Translations under genes and position numbers: made by a program | The notes under the pieces: model-generated | Databases searched by the model: none | Seen by the model: only the letters and a program-made list of their open reading frames with translations | What the model was told of the DNA's origin: nothing | Origin: Nitrospirota bacterium | GTDB lineage: Bacteria > Nitrospirota > Thermodesulfovibrionia > Thermodesulfovibrionales > Dissulfurispiraceae | Length of the DNA: 34,718 nucleotides | Assembly: GCA_040754455.1 (NCBI GenBank) | Contig: JBFMCP010000034.1 | Span: 1-34,718 of the forward strand | Direction: 5' to 3' | Shown here: one piece after another, positions 8,932-18,389 of the stretch | How the letters are laid out: each line of letters starts with the position of its first letter | Numbering within the stretch: the first letter of the stretch is position 1

Positions 8932-9156
8932 TTACCTTCTCCCTATCAGCCAAAAAATAAGTGTCAGAATGATACTGATTATTATGCTTGTTGACAGGGG
9001 AAAATAGAAAGTGAAATTCTTCCTCTGTATAACGATATCGCCGGGCAGCCTGCCGAGCCAGGGGATCCTTCCCGAGAGCATGACCAGCCCGCCGACAACC
9101 AGCAGGATGATGCCGATAATAACCAGAACTTTCCCTATGTGCTGAAACCCATCCAT
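8932..9156 (-). CDS. DUF2905 small membrane protein
   Basis: LGRLPGDI...FYFPLSTSIIIS signature; usual neighbour of ruvB/queA. Confidence 0.9.
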   Translation of the reverse strand: MDGFQHIGKVLVIIGIILLVVGGLVMLSGRIPWLGRLPGDIVIQRKNFTFYFPLSTSIIISIILTLIFWLIGRR

Positions 9157-9159
9157 ATT

Positions 9160-9750
9160 TCAGATTGCTGTCCTTGTCTTCTGTGCTCTGTCTTCCGGAT
9201 TCTGACTCCCGGCTCCTGAATTCTTTTTACAGAACCGCTCCATCTCGGAATAGATGCAGCCGCAGTATTTCTGCCGATACAGCTCGAGTGCCTTTGCCAT
9301 GCGCCTGCCCTCGTTGAATCCGGGTCTGAAATCTTCGGCATAGAATTCAATGTCATACTTTTCCTGCATTCTTTTTCCGATATCAATAATCATATCGAAT
9401 TTCTGATAGGGACTCACCAGGAGCGAGGTGGTAAAAGCATCGGCATCCGCCCCCTTCGCCCTCTGTGCCGTTTCCTCCAAACGAACGGTGTAGCAGTATT
9501 CGCAGCGGTGCTCTTCATTGCCGACAACATGACGCAGGTATTCCTTCAATCCATAATAATCCACATAGTCGATATCGAGTTTCCATAACTCCTGGAGCTG
9601 TCTGAGCGCATCCAGCCTGGCCTTGTATTCCATAGAGGGATGTATATTGGGATTGAACCAGAGGCCGCGCACCGTGACACCCTTGTGCTTGAGCGCGGTA
9701 ATCGGATAGGTAGCGCAGTTGGAACAGCATATATGCATCAGAAGCTTCAT
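9160..9750 (-). CDS. queH: Epoxyqueuosine reductase QueH (DUF208)
   Basis: LLMHICCSNC, FNPNIHP, RCEYCY, FTTSLLVSPYQ, LYRQKYCGCIYS. Confidence 0.93.
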   Translation of the reverse strand: MKLLMHICCSNCATYPITALKHKGVTVRGLWFNPNIHPSMEYKARLDALRQLQELWKLDIDYVDYYGLKEYLRHVVGNEEHRCEYCYTVRLEETAQRAKGADADAFTTSLLVSPYQKFDMIIDIGKRMQEKYDIEFYAEDFRPGFNEGRRMAKALELYRQKYCGCIYSEMERFCKKNSGAGSQNPEDRAQKTRTAI

Positions 9751-9881
9751 CGTAGCAAATCGGAAATCCTACTATCGAAATCCTGAATTATTTTGCATTC
9801 TAAGCATTCGCACTTTTTAAGCCCCTGTTAGGCTCTCGCACTTCGCACTTAGAATTTATACCCGGCTGCTCTTGAACATGC

Positions 9882-10910
9882 TCAGAACAAGCTTTGCGGC
9901 AGCCTCTTCCCGAGGTGCTCATAGGCACGCTTCGTCGCCAGCCTTCCCCGGGAGGTCCGCTCGAGCAGGCCTTCCTGCAGGAGATAGGGTTCATAGACAT
10001 CTTCGATGGTCTCCCGGTCTTCCCTCATTGAAGCAGCGATGGCTTCAACTCCTGCGGGCCCGCCGCTGAACTTTTCGATGATGGTGCGCAGCAACTTGCG
10101 GTCGCTCTCGTCGAGACCGAGGTCGTCCACGTCAAGTGCGGTCAACGCATCTTTGGTAATATGCATATTGATAATGCCGTCGCCTTTCACCTGGGCAAAG
10201 TCCCTCACGCGCCTCAGGAGCCTGTTGGCGATGCGGGGGGTGCCGCGCGACCGCTTGGCGATCTCCATGGCAGCATCGTCCTTTATCTCTACTTCGAGGA
10301 GATGGGCTGAACGGGTGACGATCTCCTTCAACTCCTCTGAATGGTAAAACTCGAGCCTGCAGATAACGCCGAACCTGTCCCGCAAGGGAGAGGTAAGCAG
10401 TCCTGTTCTGGTCGTTGCACCGATCAATGTAAAGCGCGGCAGGTTGAGCTTCAGCGTCCGTGCATTGGGTCCCTGGCCGATGATGATGTCGAGATTGTAA
10501 TCTTCCATGGCAGGATAGAGGACCTCTTCAACGATCCTCGGCAGACGGTGGATTTCATCTATAAAAAGGATATCCCTGTCCGAGAGATTGGTCAATATCG
10601 CCGCCAGATCCCCGGGGCGTTCCATCACCGGGCCTGAAGTTGTCTTGATGTTGACGCCCAGCTCATTGGAGATGATCGTGGCGAGGGTCGTCTTACCGAG
10701 ACCGGGAGGGCCGAAAAAGAGCGCATGGTCCAGCGGCTCTTTCCTCATCCCTGCTGCAGCAATAAAGACCTTAAGGTTTTCCTTTATCTTCTGCTGCCCG
10801 ATAAACTCGTTGAGCGAGCGGGGCCTGAGGCTTATCTCATAGGTAAGCTCGTCCTGATCCGCTTCAGGAGAGAGCGGGCCGGTATCGATGCCTTGGTCTT
10901 CAATTCTCAT
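9882..10910 (-). CDS. ruvB: Holliday junction branch migration helicase RuvB
   Basis: [46 protein letters not shown]. Confidence 0.98.
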   Translation of the reverse strand: MRIEDQGIDTGPLSPEADQDELTYEISLRPRSLNEFIGQQKIKENLKVFIAAAGMRKEPLDHALFFGPPGLGKTTLATIISNELGVNIKTTSGPVMERPGDLAAILTNLSDRDILFIDEIHRLPRIVEEVLYPAMEDYNLDIIIGQGPNARTLKLNLPRFTLIGATTRTGLLTSPLRDRFGVICRLEFYHSEELKEIVTRSAHLLEVEIKDDAAMEIAKRSRGTPRIANRLLRRVRDFAQVKGDGIINMHITKDALTALDVDDLGLDESDRKLLRTIIEKFSGGPAGVEAIAASMREDRETIEDVYEPYLLQEGLLERTSRGRLATKRAYEHLGKRLPQSLF

Positions 10911-10927
10911 TTGTTACTTCCTGTTCT

Positions 10928-11503
10928 TTACTTTGATTCTTTTGTAAGGTATTTTAAGGATTCCCTGATCAAACTTTCAATGTCGTTCAGACCGCTGCTC
11001 TGCGCCTTGTCAAGGGCAATCTGGGCGATGTTCTTCTTGTACCCGAGATTGACCAGCGCCGAAAGAGCGTCTTCGTAGACAGAACTTTTCGCCTCCTTGA
11101 TCGAAGGGAGTTTTTCCCGCAGTTCGAGGATCAACCGGTGCGCTGTCTTCTTCCCAAGGCCGGGGACTTTGCAGAGGACATCCACATCTTCTGAATTGAT
11201 CGCATTGTAGAACTTGTCAGGTGGAATCGTGGAGAGCAGGTTCAATGCCGTCTTCGGCCCTATCCCGGATATGCCGATCAGGGTCGTAAATATCCGCTTC
11301 TCGTCATCCGTCTGAAAGCCGTAGAGCTGAATGGCGTCTTCACGAACATGGGTATGGATATGGAGAAACACATCGGCATGCTCTTCAGGGAGCGCTGAGA
11401 GGAGCGTCAACGGCACCTGCACACTGTACCCGACCCCGTGGACATCGACAATCACATTGTCGGGCCGTTTCGATATAAGCTTTCCCCGTAACGACGCAAT
11501 CAT
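10928..11503 (-). CDS. ruvA: Holliday junction DNA-binding protein RuvA
   Basis: MIASLRG start at 11503; DVHGVGY, HVREDAIQLYGF, SGIGPKTA, PGLGKKTA, ALVNLGY. Confidence 0.97.
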   Translation of the reverse strand: MIASLRGKLISKRPDNVIVDVHGVGYSVQVPLTLLSALPEEHADVFLHIHTHVREDAIQLYGFQTDDEKRIFTTLIGISGIGPKTALNLLSTIPPDKFYNAINSEDVDVLCKVPGLGKKTAHRLILELREKLPSIKEAKSSVYEDALSALVNLGYKKNIAQIALDKAQSSGLNDIESLIRESLKYLTKESK

Positions 11504-11586
11504 AATTCTCTGTATTTTAGCATGTTTGGAGAGGTAAAAGGGGGATTCGATTGTCACGTCGTTCTACGCATCAAAGCAGGAAGTAC

Positions 11587-11754
11587 GCGTTCGAGGTAAA
11601 GACAGGAACAGGCACTCCAAGAAGCTTTCTCATGCGCATTTATTTGGAGCGGATAAGCCACAGCACTTCATTAAAAGAGCTGTTGTACGAGAATTTTAAT
11701 CCTTTGTGGAAGCTAAGGAAGCGTTATCCGCACCCATTCCTGCCTTCTTCACGC
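11587..11754 (-). repeat. Copy A of an unidentified ~165-nt structured intergenic element
   Basis: Shares GGCACTCCARGAAGCTTTCTCATGCGCATT (29/30 identical) and TTTGTGGRAKCTAAGGARGCG..TCCGCACCCAT with 18390-18557. 14-bp closing stem with three G-U pairs on the minus strand. Confidence 0.8.
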
Positions 11755-11824
11755 AAGTCCTGATTTGATGCGTTTATCCTACTGCCCAAAAGAAATATTG
11801 CGGGAGTGTTTTAGTGTTTCGTCT

Positions 11825-13000
11825 TTATACATATCGCCCCGCAGCATAGCCTGATGCCCACGCCCAGTGTAGGTTGTATCCTCCAAGCTGCCCGGTCACA
11901 TCGATGACCTCGCCTGCGAAAAAGAGGCCCGGAACGTTCTTTGACTCCATCGTTTTGGACGACAGCTCGTTCGTGTCGATCCCTCCGCGGGTCACCTCTG
12001 CGGTGACGTATCCCTCGGTCCCACCCGGTGTGATCTCCCAATGGTGGAGTTTGCGGGCAATATCGTTCAGCGCTTTATCGGTATATTGATGCATCGGCTT
12101 TACCGCCTCCTGCTGAAGAAAAAGCTCGCACCATTTCTCGACGAAGCGTCTTGGAAGATGTCCTGAGAGCACATTATGGAGCTCCGCCCTGCTCCGGCGT
12201 TTTTCTGCAAACAGTTCGTGAGCATCGACATCGGGAAGCGGATTGATCACAATGCGTTCGCCCGGATTCCAGTATAAGGAAATCTGGAGCACGGCAGGTC
12301 CGCTCAGCCCGCGATGGGTAAAAAGGATGTTGCCCCTGAACCTCCTCTTACCGCAGCTGACTTCCGCATCGATGGTAATGCCGCTCAGCTCTTTCAATGC
12401 ATGCAAGTCCTTCTGATGAAACGTGAAGGGGACAAGCGCAGGCTGCAGCGGTGTGATGGCGAGACCGAAGTGGCGGGCCAGGCGGTGGCCGATGTCCGTT
12501 GCGCCGATCTTGGGATATGACAAGCCTCCGGTGGCGATCACCATCGATGCTGACTCCAGCACACCCTGATTCGTCGATACATAAAAATGCCCTCTCTTTT
12601 CCGCTCCTTCTACACGGCAGTGCAGCCGAAAGTCCACACCCGCAGCATCGCACTCCTTCCTGAGCATTTCGATGATCTCTATGGAGCTTCCTTTGCAGAA
12701 CAGCTGGCCGGCTTCCTTTTCGTAGTACGCGATGCCGTGCTTCTCGACCATAGCAATAAAATCCTGCGGTCCAAAACGGGCGAGCGCCGATTTGCAGAAA
12801 TGGGGATTGTGGGATTCATAGTTCTCGTGGCTCACTTTCAGGTTAGTAAAATTGCAGCGCCCGCCGCCGGAGATGCCTATCTTCTTCCCTATCTTTTCGG
12901 CGTGGTCGATGACAAGTACCGAACGGTTCCGCTTCCCCGCCGTGAGCGCACACATCAGGCCTGCTGCACCCGCACCGATAATGATGACATCTTTTTTCAT
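11825..13000 (-). CDS. HI0933/YhiN-family NAD(P)/FAD-dependent flavoprotein
   Basis: IIGAGAAG, GKKIGISGGGRCNFTN, ATGGLSYP, LFTHRGLSGPAVL, VTRGG, GQLGGYNLHWAWASG. Confidence 0.93.
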   Translation of the reverse strand: MKKDVIIIGAGAAGLMCALTAGKRNRSVLVIDHAEKIGKKIGISGGGRCNFTNLKVSHENYESHNPHFCKSALARFGPQDFIAMVEKHGIAYYEKEAGQLFCKGSSIEIIEMLRKECDAAGVDFRLHCRVEGAEKRGHFYVSTNQGVLESASMVIATGGLSYPKIGATDIGHRLARHFGLAITPLQPALVPFTFHQKDLHALKELSGITIDAEVSCGKRRFRGNILFTHRGLSGPAVLQISLYWNPGERIVINPLPDVDAHELFAEKRRSRAELHNVLSGHLPRRFVEKWCELFLQQEAVKPMHQYTDKALNDIARKLHHWEITPGGTEGYVTAEVTRGGIDTNELSSKTMESKNVPGLFFAGEVIDVTGQLGGYNLHWAWASGYAAGRYV

Positions 13001-13155
13001 AGTATATACGTATTATACAGGACATAACCATGTATCTATTATTTTGGAATTCATGGTTACACGAATTTTCCCGCTCTTAAGCCCGATTTCAATCGGATAG
13101 TTCTCTGCTATAATTTTATTATCCGCTATTCATGTCGTGCCCCAAGGAGCCTGCT

Positions 13156-14127
13156 ATGAAAAGAAATGCACTTCTCATTGTTCTTTGCCTGTTGTTCCTG
13201 TCAGGATGCGCCTTTGCCAACGTATCGTTGTTGTCCAAAACCAAGCCGCTCGAGGAAGAGGTGCTCGAGGGAGAAGGCACGCCCAAGATACTGCTTGTCG
13301 ACCTGGACGGCATGATCTCCCTCAAGGAAGATAAAGGCGGCCTGCAGCTCAGGGAGAAGCCCTCGAAGGTCGCTGTGTTCAGAGAAGTGCTTCGCAAAGC
13401 TGAAAAAGACTCAGACATCGTGGGTGTTATCGTGAGGATCAACTCGCCCGGCGGCAGCGTCACGGCAAGCGACCTGATCCATCATGAGATCGTGAGCTTC
13501 AAACAGAAGAGAAAGATACCTGTTTACGCTTACATCATGGAGGTAGGTGCCTCAGGCGGCTACTACATCGCCACCGCCACCGACCGTATCTTTGCAAGTC
13601 CTACCGCAGTTACGGGGAGCATCGGCGTCGTTGCCATGAGGTTCAACGCCGAAGGGCTCTTTTCGAAGATCGGGGTCGCCAATGAAACCTACAAATCAGG
13701 CCCGAAAAAAGACTTCTGGTCGCCTTTCCGTCCGAGCACCCCTGAAGAACAGAAGATGCTCCAGGATATCATCGATCGGCTCTACGCGCGCTTTGTCGGG
13801 GTGGTCGCCGCAAACAGGGAGAAGCTCCTGAGCGAGCAGGAGATCGGGGCCCTTGCCGATGGACGTATACTGACCTCAAGTGAAGCGCTTCGGGCAAAGC
13901 TCATCGACCAAATAGCCTACCTTGATGAGACGGTCGAAGTTATGAAAAAAACGCTTACCATCGACAAGGCCAGAGTAATCACCTATGCACGTCCCGGCGA
14001 TTATAAATCGAACATTTATTCCGGGATGCCGCTGCCCGGCCCGCACACCATAAATCTTATCTCGATCAACGCCGAGGACCTCCCGCCTTTTTCAGGGGTG
14101 CAGTTCATGTATCTCTGGAATCCTTAG
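13156..14127 (+). CDS. sppA: Signal peptide peptidase SppA (S49, short type), probable lipoprotein
   Basis: RINSPGGSV, ASGGYYIA, TGSIGV, KSGPKKD; lipobox LSGC; likely start MKRN at 13156 after AAGGAG. Confidence 0.92.
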   Translation: MKRNALLIVLCLLFLSGCAFANVSLLSKTKPLEEEVLEGEGTPKILLVDLDGMISLKEDKGGLQLREKPSKVAVFREVLRKAEKDSDIVGVIVRINSPGGSVTASDLIHHEIVSFKQKRKIPVYAYIMEVGASGGYYIATATDRIFASPTAVTGSIGVVAMRFNAEGLFSKIGVANETYKSGPKKDFWSPFRPSTPEEQKMLQDIIDRLYARFVGVVAANREKLLSEQEIGALADGRILTSSEALRAKLIDQIAYLDETVEVMKKTLTIDKARVITYARPGDYKSNIYSGMPLPGPHTINLISINAEDLPPFSGVQFMYLWNP

Positions 14128-14194
14128 AAAGCAGGTGAAACCATCCATTTCTATGCACACTGCTACTGATTAAACGAAAATCCGAAAGAGATGG

Positions 14195-14695
14195 CTACCT
14201 CCCCCGCGGGCAATCCTTCAAATCATGATTTCCTTGATATTTATTGCACAGGGATTCGATAAACGCCTGCAGCTCATCTGGTGGCAGCAGCTTGTCGGGT
14301 ACAGCATCCGGCAGCGCACAGGCCTTGACGATTTTTTTCAGAAAATGCACCACAGCGTAATTGATGATCTCTTCAAGAAATGACTCAGGAGCATGTTCTA
14401 TCAGCAGCCGCTCTGAATACCATCCTCCCTTTGTAGGAGCAAACTGTGAGCACTCTCCCTTGAGCGACGTTATCGTGACTCCTTTTGCAAGCGCCATATC
14501 CCGGATCGCCAGGTTCACCAGTTGGAGTCCCCGCAGGGTGGAATTCGAAGCCAGGCCATGCCGCCCTCTGGTAATGGGGAGAAAACGGAACATATCAGCC
14601 CCCGAGCAATAGATATACGCCCCCTTCCCTCTGCTCTCATCGGGCTGGATGACAAAATACATGAATTCGTTGATGTACTCGTAGGTATGCGGCAT
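14195..14695 (-). CDS. Hypothetical protein
   Basis: Protein-like ORF filling the gap; likely start MPHTYEY at 14695 after GGAGGGG; no family recognised. Confidence 0.7.
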   Translation of the reverse strand: MPHTYEYINEFMYFVIQPDESRGKGAYIYCSGADMFRFLPITRGRHGLASNSTLRGLQLVNLAIRDMALAKGVTITSLKGECSQFAPTKGGWYSERLLIEHAPESFLEEIINYAVVHFLKKIVKACALPDAVPDKLLPPDELQAFIESLCNKYQGNHDLKDCPRGR

Positions 14696-15030
14696 ATCGA
14701 TGTCCCCTCCCTGCTTTTGCCTGCCCTGTATCATTATACAAAATATTCCTGACGTTCAGCCGGCCACGACACAACAAAAGGCCTGTTCAGCAACGGACAG
14801 GCTTTCCCCATGGAAAGAATGGATAATCTTAATGTGTTTGTAGCCCTGAGGGTCTCCTCTTTATCTTCTCCATGGCAAGCACCACCGAGGTCGTTTCGAG
14901 CGCATACCGGACAATCTCTCTCCATCATCATCGGAGTTATTATTGGAGTTATCGGTAGTTCCCAGGTGATGACGAGGCAAGTTCCCACAACCTATCTCTT
15001 CACTATCAATAACCCGATTACAGAAAATCG

Positions 15031-16191
15031 CTATGAAGAACTTTTATCCTTCTTGCTCCCTTCGTACAGTTCGTACTCGAGGAGCCTGCATTCTATGCCG
15101 CCGTTGAAAAAGAGCATCTTCCGTTTTGTTCTCAGCCCCACCTTCTTTGCAAGGTCTAGATTCCCGGTGAAAATGTATCCGGTGTATCCCCTGCACTTCT
15201 GTTTGAAGAAATCACCGATCCCCTTGTACACGCCCTCGAGCTGCTTGATCTTTCCCATGCGCTCTCCGTATTCGGGGTTGAGAATGACGATTCCTTCCCC
15301 CTCAGGAACACTTGTCACGGCATAATCGCAGACCGCGAATTCGATCAGATGCTCCACGCCGGCAATAGCGGCATTCTTTCTGGCCGCCTCGACCGCCTCT
15401 CTTCTGATGTCAGTGGCAATGATTCTGTGCTTCAGGGCCTTCTTTGATTCTTTCTTTGCCTGTGCTCGCAGATCGTCCCACACCGATTTTCTAAAACCCT
15501 TCAGGTGCATGAACCCGAAGTTTTCCCTTAGAAGTCCCGGAGCCCTGTTCACCCCCATCAAAGCAGCCTCTATGGCGAGTGTGCCGCTGCCGCACATGGG
15601 ATTTACGAAGTTGCCGTTGCCGCGCCATGTCGTTGCCATAATAACAGCGGCCGCAAGCGTCTCCTGCATGGGCGCGTTCATCGGGATCCTGCGGTACCCG
15701 CGGCGGGAGAGCGGCTCTCCCGAGGTGTCGAAATAGAGGGCGCAGCGCGTACCCTTCCAATAGAGATTGACCACCACATTGGTCTGATCAGGTCCCGAAT
15801 CAGGACGCCGTCCGCGCTGTTCCCTGATCCTGTCCACAATGGCATCCTTGCACTTCACATTAGCATAGCGCGTGTCCCTGATCGTCGGATTGTCTACACG
15901 TGAGGTAATGCAGAGATATTCGTTCTCGTCGATGTAGTCCTCCCAGGAGATCCCTGATGTAACTCGGTAGAGATCATCGGCATCATCGGCGACAAATTCC
16001 TTAATAAGAAAAAGGACCCGGTGCGCAGTGCGAAGATGCAGGTTGAGGCGATAGGTATCCTCAAGTGTTCCCTCAGTCTCGACTCCCGCAACGGTTTCGT
16101 CCAGTACAGGGAAACCCATCTGAGCAAGCTCTTCGACCAGATATGGCGCAACACCTTTTGAGCAGGTAATCAGGATGCGACTTTTTCTCAC
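15031..16191 (-). CDS. THUMP-domain RNA methyltransferase, RlmL-like (UPF0020)
   Basis: NLHLRTAHRV, DTSGEPLSRRGYR, APMQETLAAA, NPMCGSGTLAIEAA, NPEYGERM. Confidence 0.92.
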   Translation of the reverse strand: MRKSRILITCSKGVAPYLVEELAQMGFPVLDETVAGVETEGTLEDTYRLNLHLRTAHRVLFLIKEFVADDADDLYRVTSGISWEDYIDENEYLCITSRVDNPTIRDTRYANVKCKDAIVDRIREQRGRRPDSGPDQTNVVVNLYWKGTRCALYFDTSGEPLSRRGYRRIPMNAPMQETLAAAVIMATTWRGNGNFVNPMCGSGTLAIEAALMGVNRAPGLLRENFGFMHLKGFRKSVWDDLRAQAKKESKKALKHRIIATDIRREAVEAARKNAAIAGVEHLIEFAVCDYAVTSVPEGEGIVILNPEYGERMGKIKQLEGVYKGIGDFFKQKCRGYTGYIFTGNLDLAKKVGLRTKRKMLFFNGGIECRLLEYELYEGSKKDKSSS

Positions 16192-16195
16192 TCTC

Positions 16196-16384
16196 TTATC
16201 TTCTGTCTTTCCGAGCCGAAACAGTGATGATGAAGTTCTCGGGCTTCAGATCAGGGTCCTTCTCGAGCTCCTCGACAAAGACCTCGATCGCCTTTTTCAT
16301 GAAGTTCGCGAATTTCACTCCCTTCGGCAGGGCGAGGATCCTCTGCCGCAGATCTTCGTCGATAGGTGCGGTGTACTTTGCCAT
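16196..16384 (-). CDS. Small hypothetical protein, possibly ribbon-helix-helix
   Basis: SD AAGGAG before ATG; ends 4 nt before the methyltransferase start; short strand followed by two amphipathic helices. Confidence 0.7.
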   Translation of the reverse strand: MAKYTAPIDEDLRQRILALPKGVKFANFMKKAIEVFVEELEKDPDLKPENFIITVSARKDRR

Positions 16385-16630
16385 GTTTACTCCTTAGCTA
16401 TTTGATTTACTCATAAACTGTAACACAAAGTTTATCTGCCGGGGCATAGGACTGCTGTTTTTCTGCAGCGAGCGCCTGGGTTCTCTCGAGTAGGTAGGTA
16501 ACGCCCTGCCTACAGGTCTTCAACTGGAACAATAGCCACTCTTCAGTAGAACCAATGAACTGAGACAAAGGACTATTCGATCGCAAAGAAAAACAGTAGT
16601 TCTATGACCCTTATTTACTTAAATAAATCC

Positions 16631-18331
16631 TCACCTTCTCCGGTACGTACCCGTTACCACCAGTTCCTTCTGCCGCTCCTTCTTTCTCATATCCTTTTCC
16701 ACAAAAAGCTTCTCTCCGGTGAAAGGATCGCGCTCCGTATAGTACATCAGCGTGGACCAAGTGGAAGGCAGGGGCGTAAAAATCTGCACCTGCTCCGGGC
16801 TGATCTTCAGCTCCCGTGCGGAAAAATTCCTGAGCCTCTCCATTGCCCTTTCATCGCTGCCCGGATGCGCCGCAATGAGATAGTACGTCAGGAACTGCTT
16901 TTTGCCGAGCTTGGTATTCAGTGTGTCGAAGGCCTCCTTGAACGCCTGCAAATAATTCTTTCCCGGCTTTCCCATCCTCTTTAGCACCGTTTCTTCGGTA
17001 TGCTCCGGCGCAATCTTGAGCTGCCCCGACACATGATGCTCCACGATATCCTTCAAATACGCCTGCCCGCAGACCGGGTCGTCCAGAATCATATCGTACC
17101 TGATGCCCGACGCGATAAAGACCTTCTTTATCCCCGTGATCTTCCTGATCTGCCTCAGGAGCTCCCGCTGCCGCGTATGGTCTACTTTCAGCTGTTTGCA
17201 GGGCGAGGGATACAGACAGCGTTTGCCGGTGCAGCTCCCCTTTTTCAGCTTCTTAGCGCATTCGACAGCGTACATGTTGGCCGTAGGGCCGCCCACATCC
17301 GTTATGTAACCTTTGAACCCGGGGAGCTTTGTCAGTGCCTCCGCTTCTCTCAGGATCGACGCTGCGCTGCGCGAGCAGATCGTCCTTCCCTGGTGCACGG
17401 CGATAGCGCAGAAATTACACTCCCCGTAACAGCCCCGATGCGTCGTGATGGAGAACTTTATAGTATCCAATGCCCGCACTGCACCCTGCTTCTTGTAGTA
17501 GGGATGCACCTCCCGCTCGAAATACATATCGTGAATTGCATCGAGCTCCTCTGCGGTAGGACAGGTGGCTGGCGGGTTCTGAATGAGATAACGGGTATCC
17601 TGCTGCTGGCAGAGCCCCTTTGCTGTAAGGGGATCATTGTTTATATAGAAAAGCCGGAACATCTCGGTAAACTTCGTTTTGTTCTGTTTTACGTTTTCAT
17701 ACGACGGCAACAGGATATATCCCTCGATCGGCTCCTTCGCGCTGTAACAGATGCCCCGTATGTCCCGCGGGTCCTCCCCATTCGCCAGCTTCCGGGCAAT
17801 TTCGAGCACCGCCTTCTCTCCCATGCCGTAGACCAGGATATCGGCCTTCGCATCAAAGAGCACGGATCTTCGTATCGCATCATCCCAGTAGTCGTAATGG
17901 GCAATCCTCCGCAGGCTTGCCTCGATGCCTCCCAGGACTAATGGTTTGGTATGTTTGAAGTAGCGCCGGACCAGGTTGGCATAGGCGATGGTAGCACGGT
18001 CAGGCCTGCGGGTGTTCTCTCCTCCGGGAGTAAAATCATCGCTGTGCCGCCGCTTTTTCAAAGCGGTGTAGTTCGCCACCATGGAATCCACAGAACCCGC
18101 CGTAATCCCCCAGAAAAGATTCGGCTCACCAAGCCGCGTGATGTCCTGATCGCTTTTCATGTCAGGCTGCGCAATAATCCCCACCTTGTACCCGGCCATC
18201 GCAAGGACATTGCCAATCACCGCAACACCAATGTACGGGCTGTCGATATAGGTATCACCTGTCACCAGGATAATATCCAGGCTCTCCCATCCGCGCTTTC
18301 TCATCTCTTCCCGGGTTGTCGGCAAAAACAT
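16631..18331 (-). CDS. YgiQ-family (UPF0313) radical SAM protein
   Basis: MFLPTTREEM, GGIEASLRRIAHYDYW, HRGCYGECNFCAI (CxxxCxxC), SGQLKIAPEH, QVQIFTPLP. Confidence 0.95.
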   Translation of the reverse strand: MFLPTTREEMRKRGWESLDIILVTGDTYIDSPYIGVAVIGNVLAMAGYKVGIIAQPDMKSDQDITRLGEPNLFWGITAGSVDSMVANYTALKKRRHSDDFTPGGENTRRPDRATIAYANLVRRYFKHTKPLVLGGIEASLRRIAHYDYWDDAIRRSVLFDAKADILVYGMGEKAVLEIARKLANGEDPRDIRGICYSAKEPIEGYILLPSYENVKQNKTKFTEMFRLFYINNDPLTAKGLCQQQDTRYLIQNPPATCPTAEELDAIHDMYFEREVHPYYKKQGAVRALDTIKFSITTHRGCYGECNFCAIAVHQGRTICSRSAASILREAEALTKLPGFKGYITDVGGPTANMYAVECAKKLKKGSCTGKRCLYPSPCKQLKVDHTRQRELLRQIRKITGIKKVFIASGIRYDMILDDPVCGQAYLKDIVEHHVSGQLKIAPEHTEETVLKRMGKPGKNYLQAFKEAFDTLNTKLGKKQFLTYYLIAAHPGSDERAMERLRNFSARELKISPEQVQIFTPLPSTWSTLMYYTERDPFTGEKLFVEKDMRKKERQKELVVTGTYRRR

Positions 18332-18389
18332 ATTATTCTCCTTCTTTATTGTGATGTGCAGAGGAACGATATTGCAAGAAGCAGTTTAC

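Noticed and set aside
11551..11763. Plus-strand ORFs over the repeated element (also 18351-18650)
   Set aside because: The two copies do not keep the same frame; conservation is better explained at the nucleotide/structure level.
14734..14988. 84-aa minus-strand ORF with CPVC
   Set aside because: No SD; it runs through hairpins and short GGAGTTAT repeats; a single CxxC is insufficient evidence.
16479..16553. Hammerhead-like CUGAAGA in a three-way junction on the minus strand
   Set aside because: Lacks the required GAAA and a properly positioned stem III-UH.
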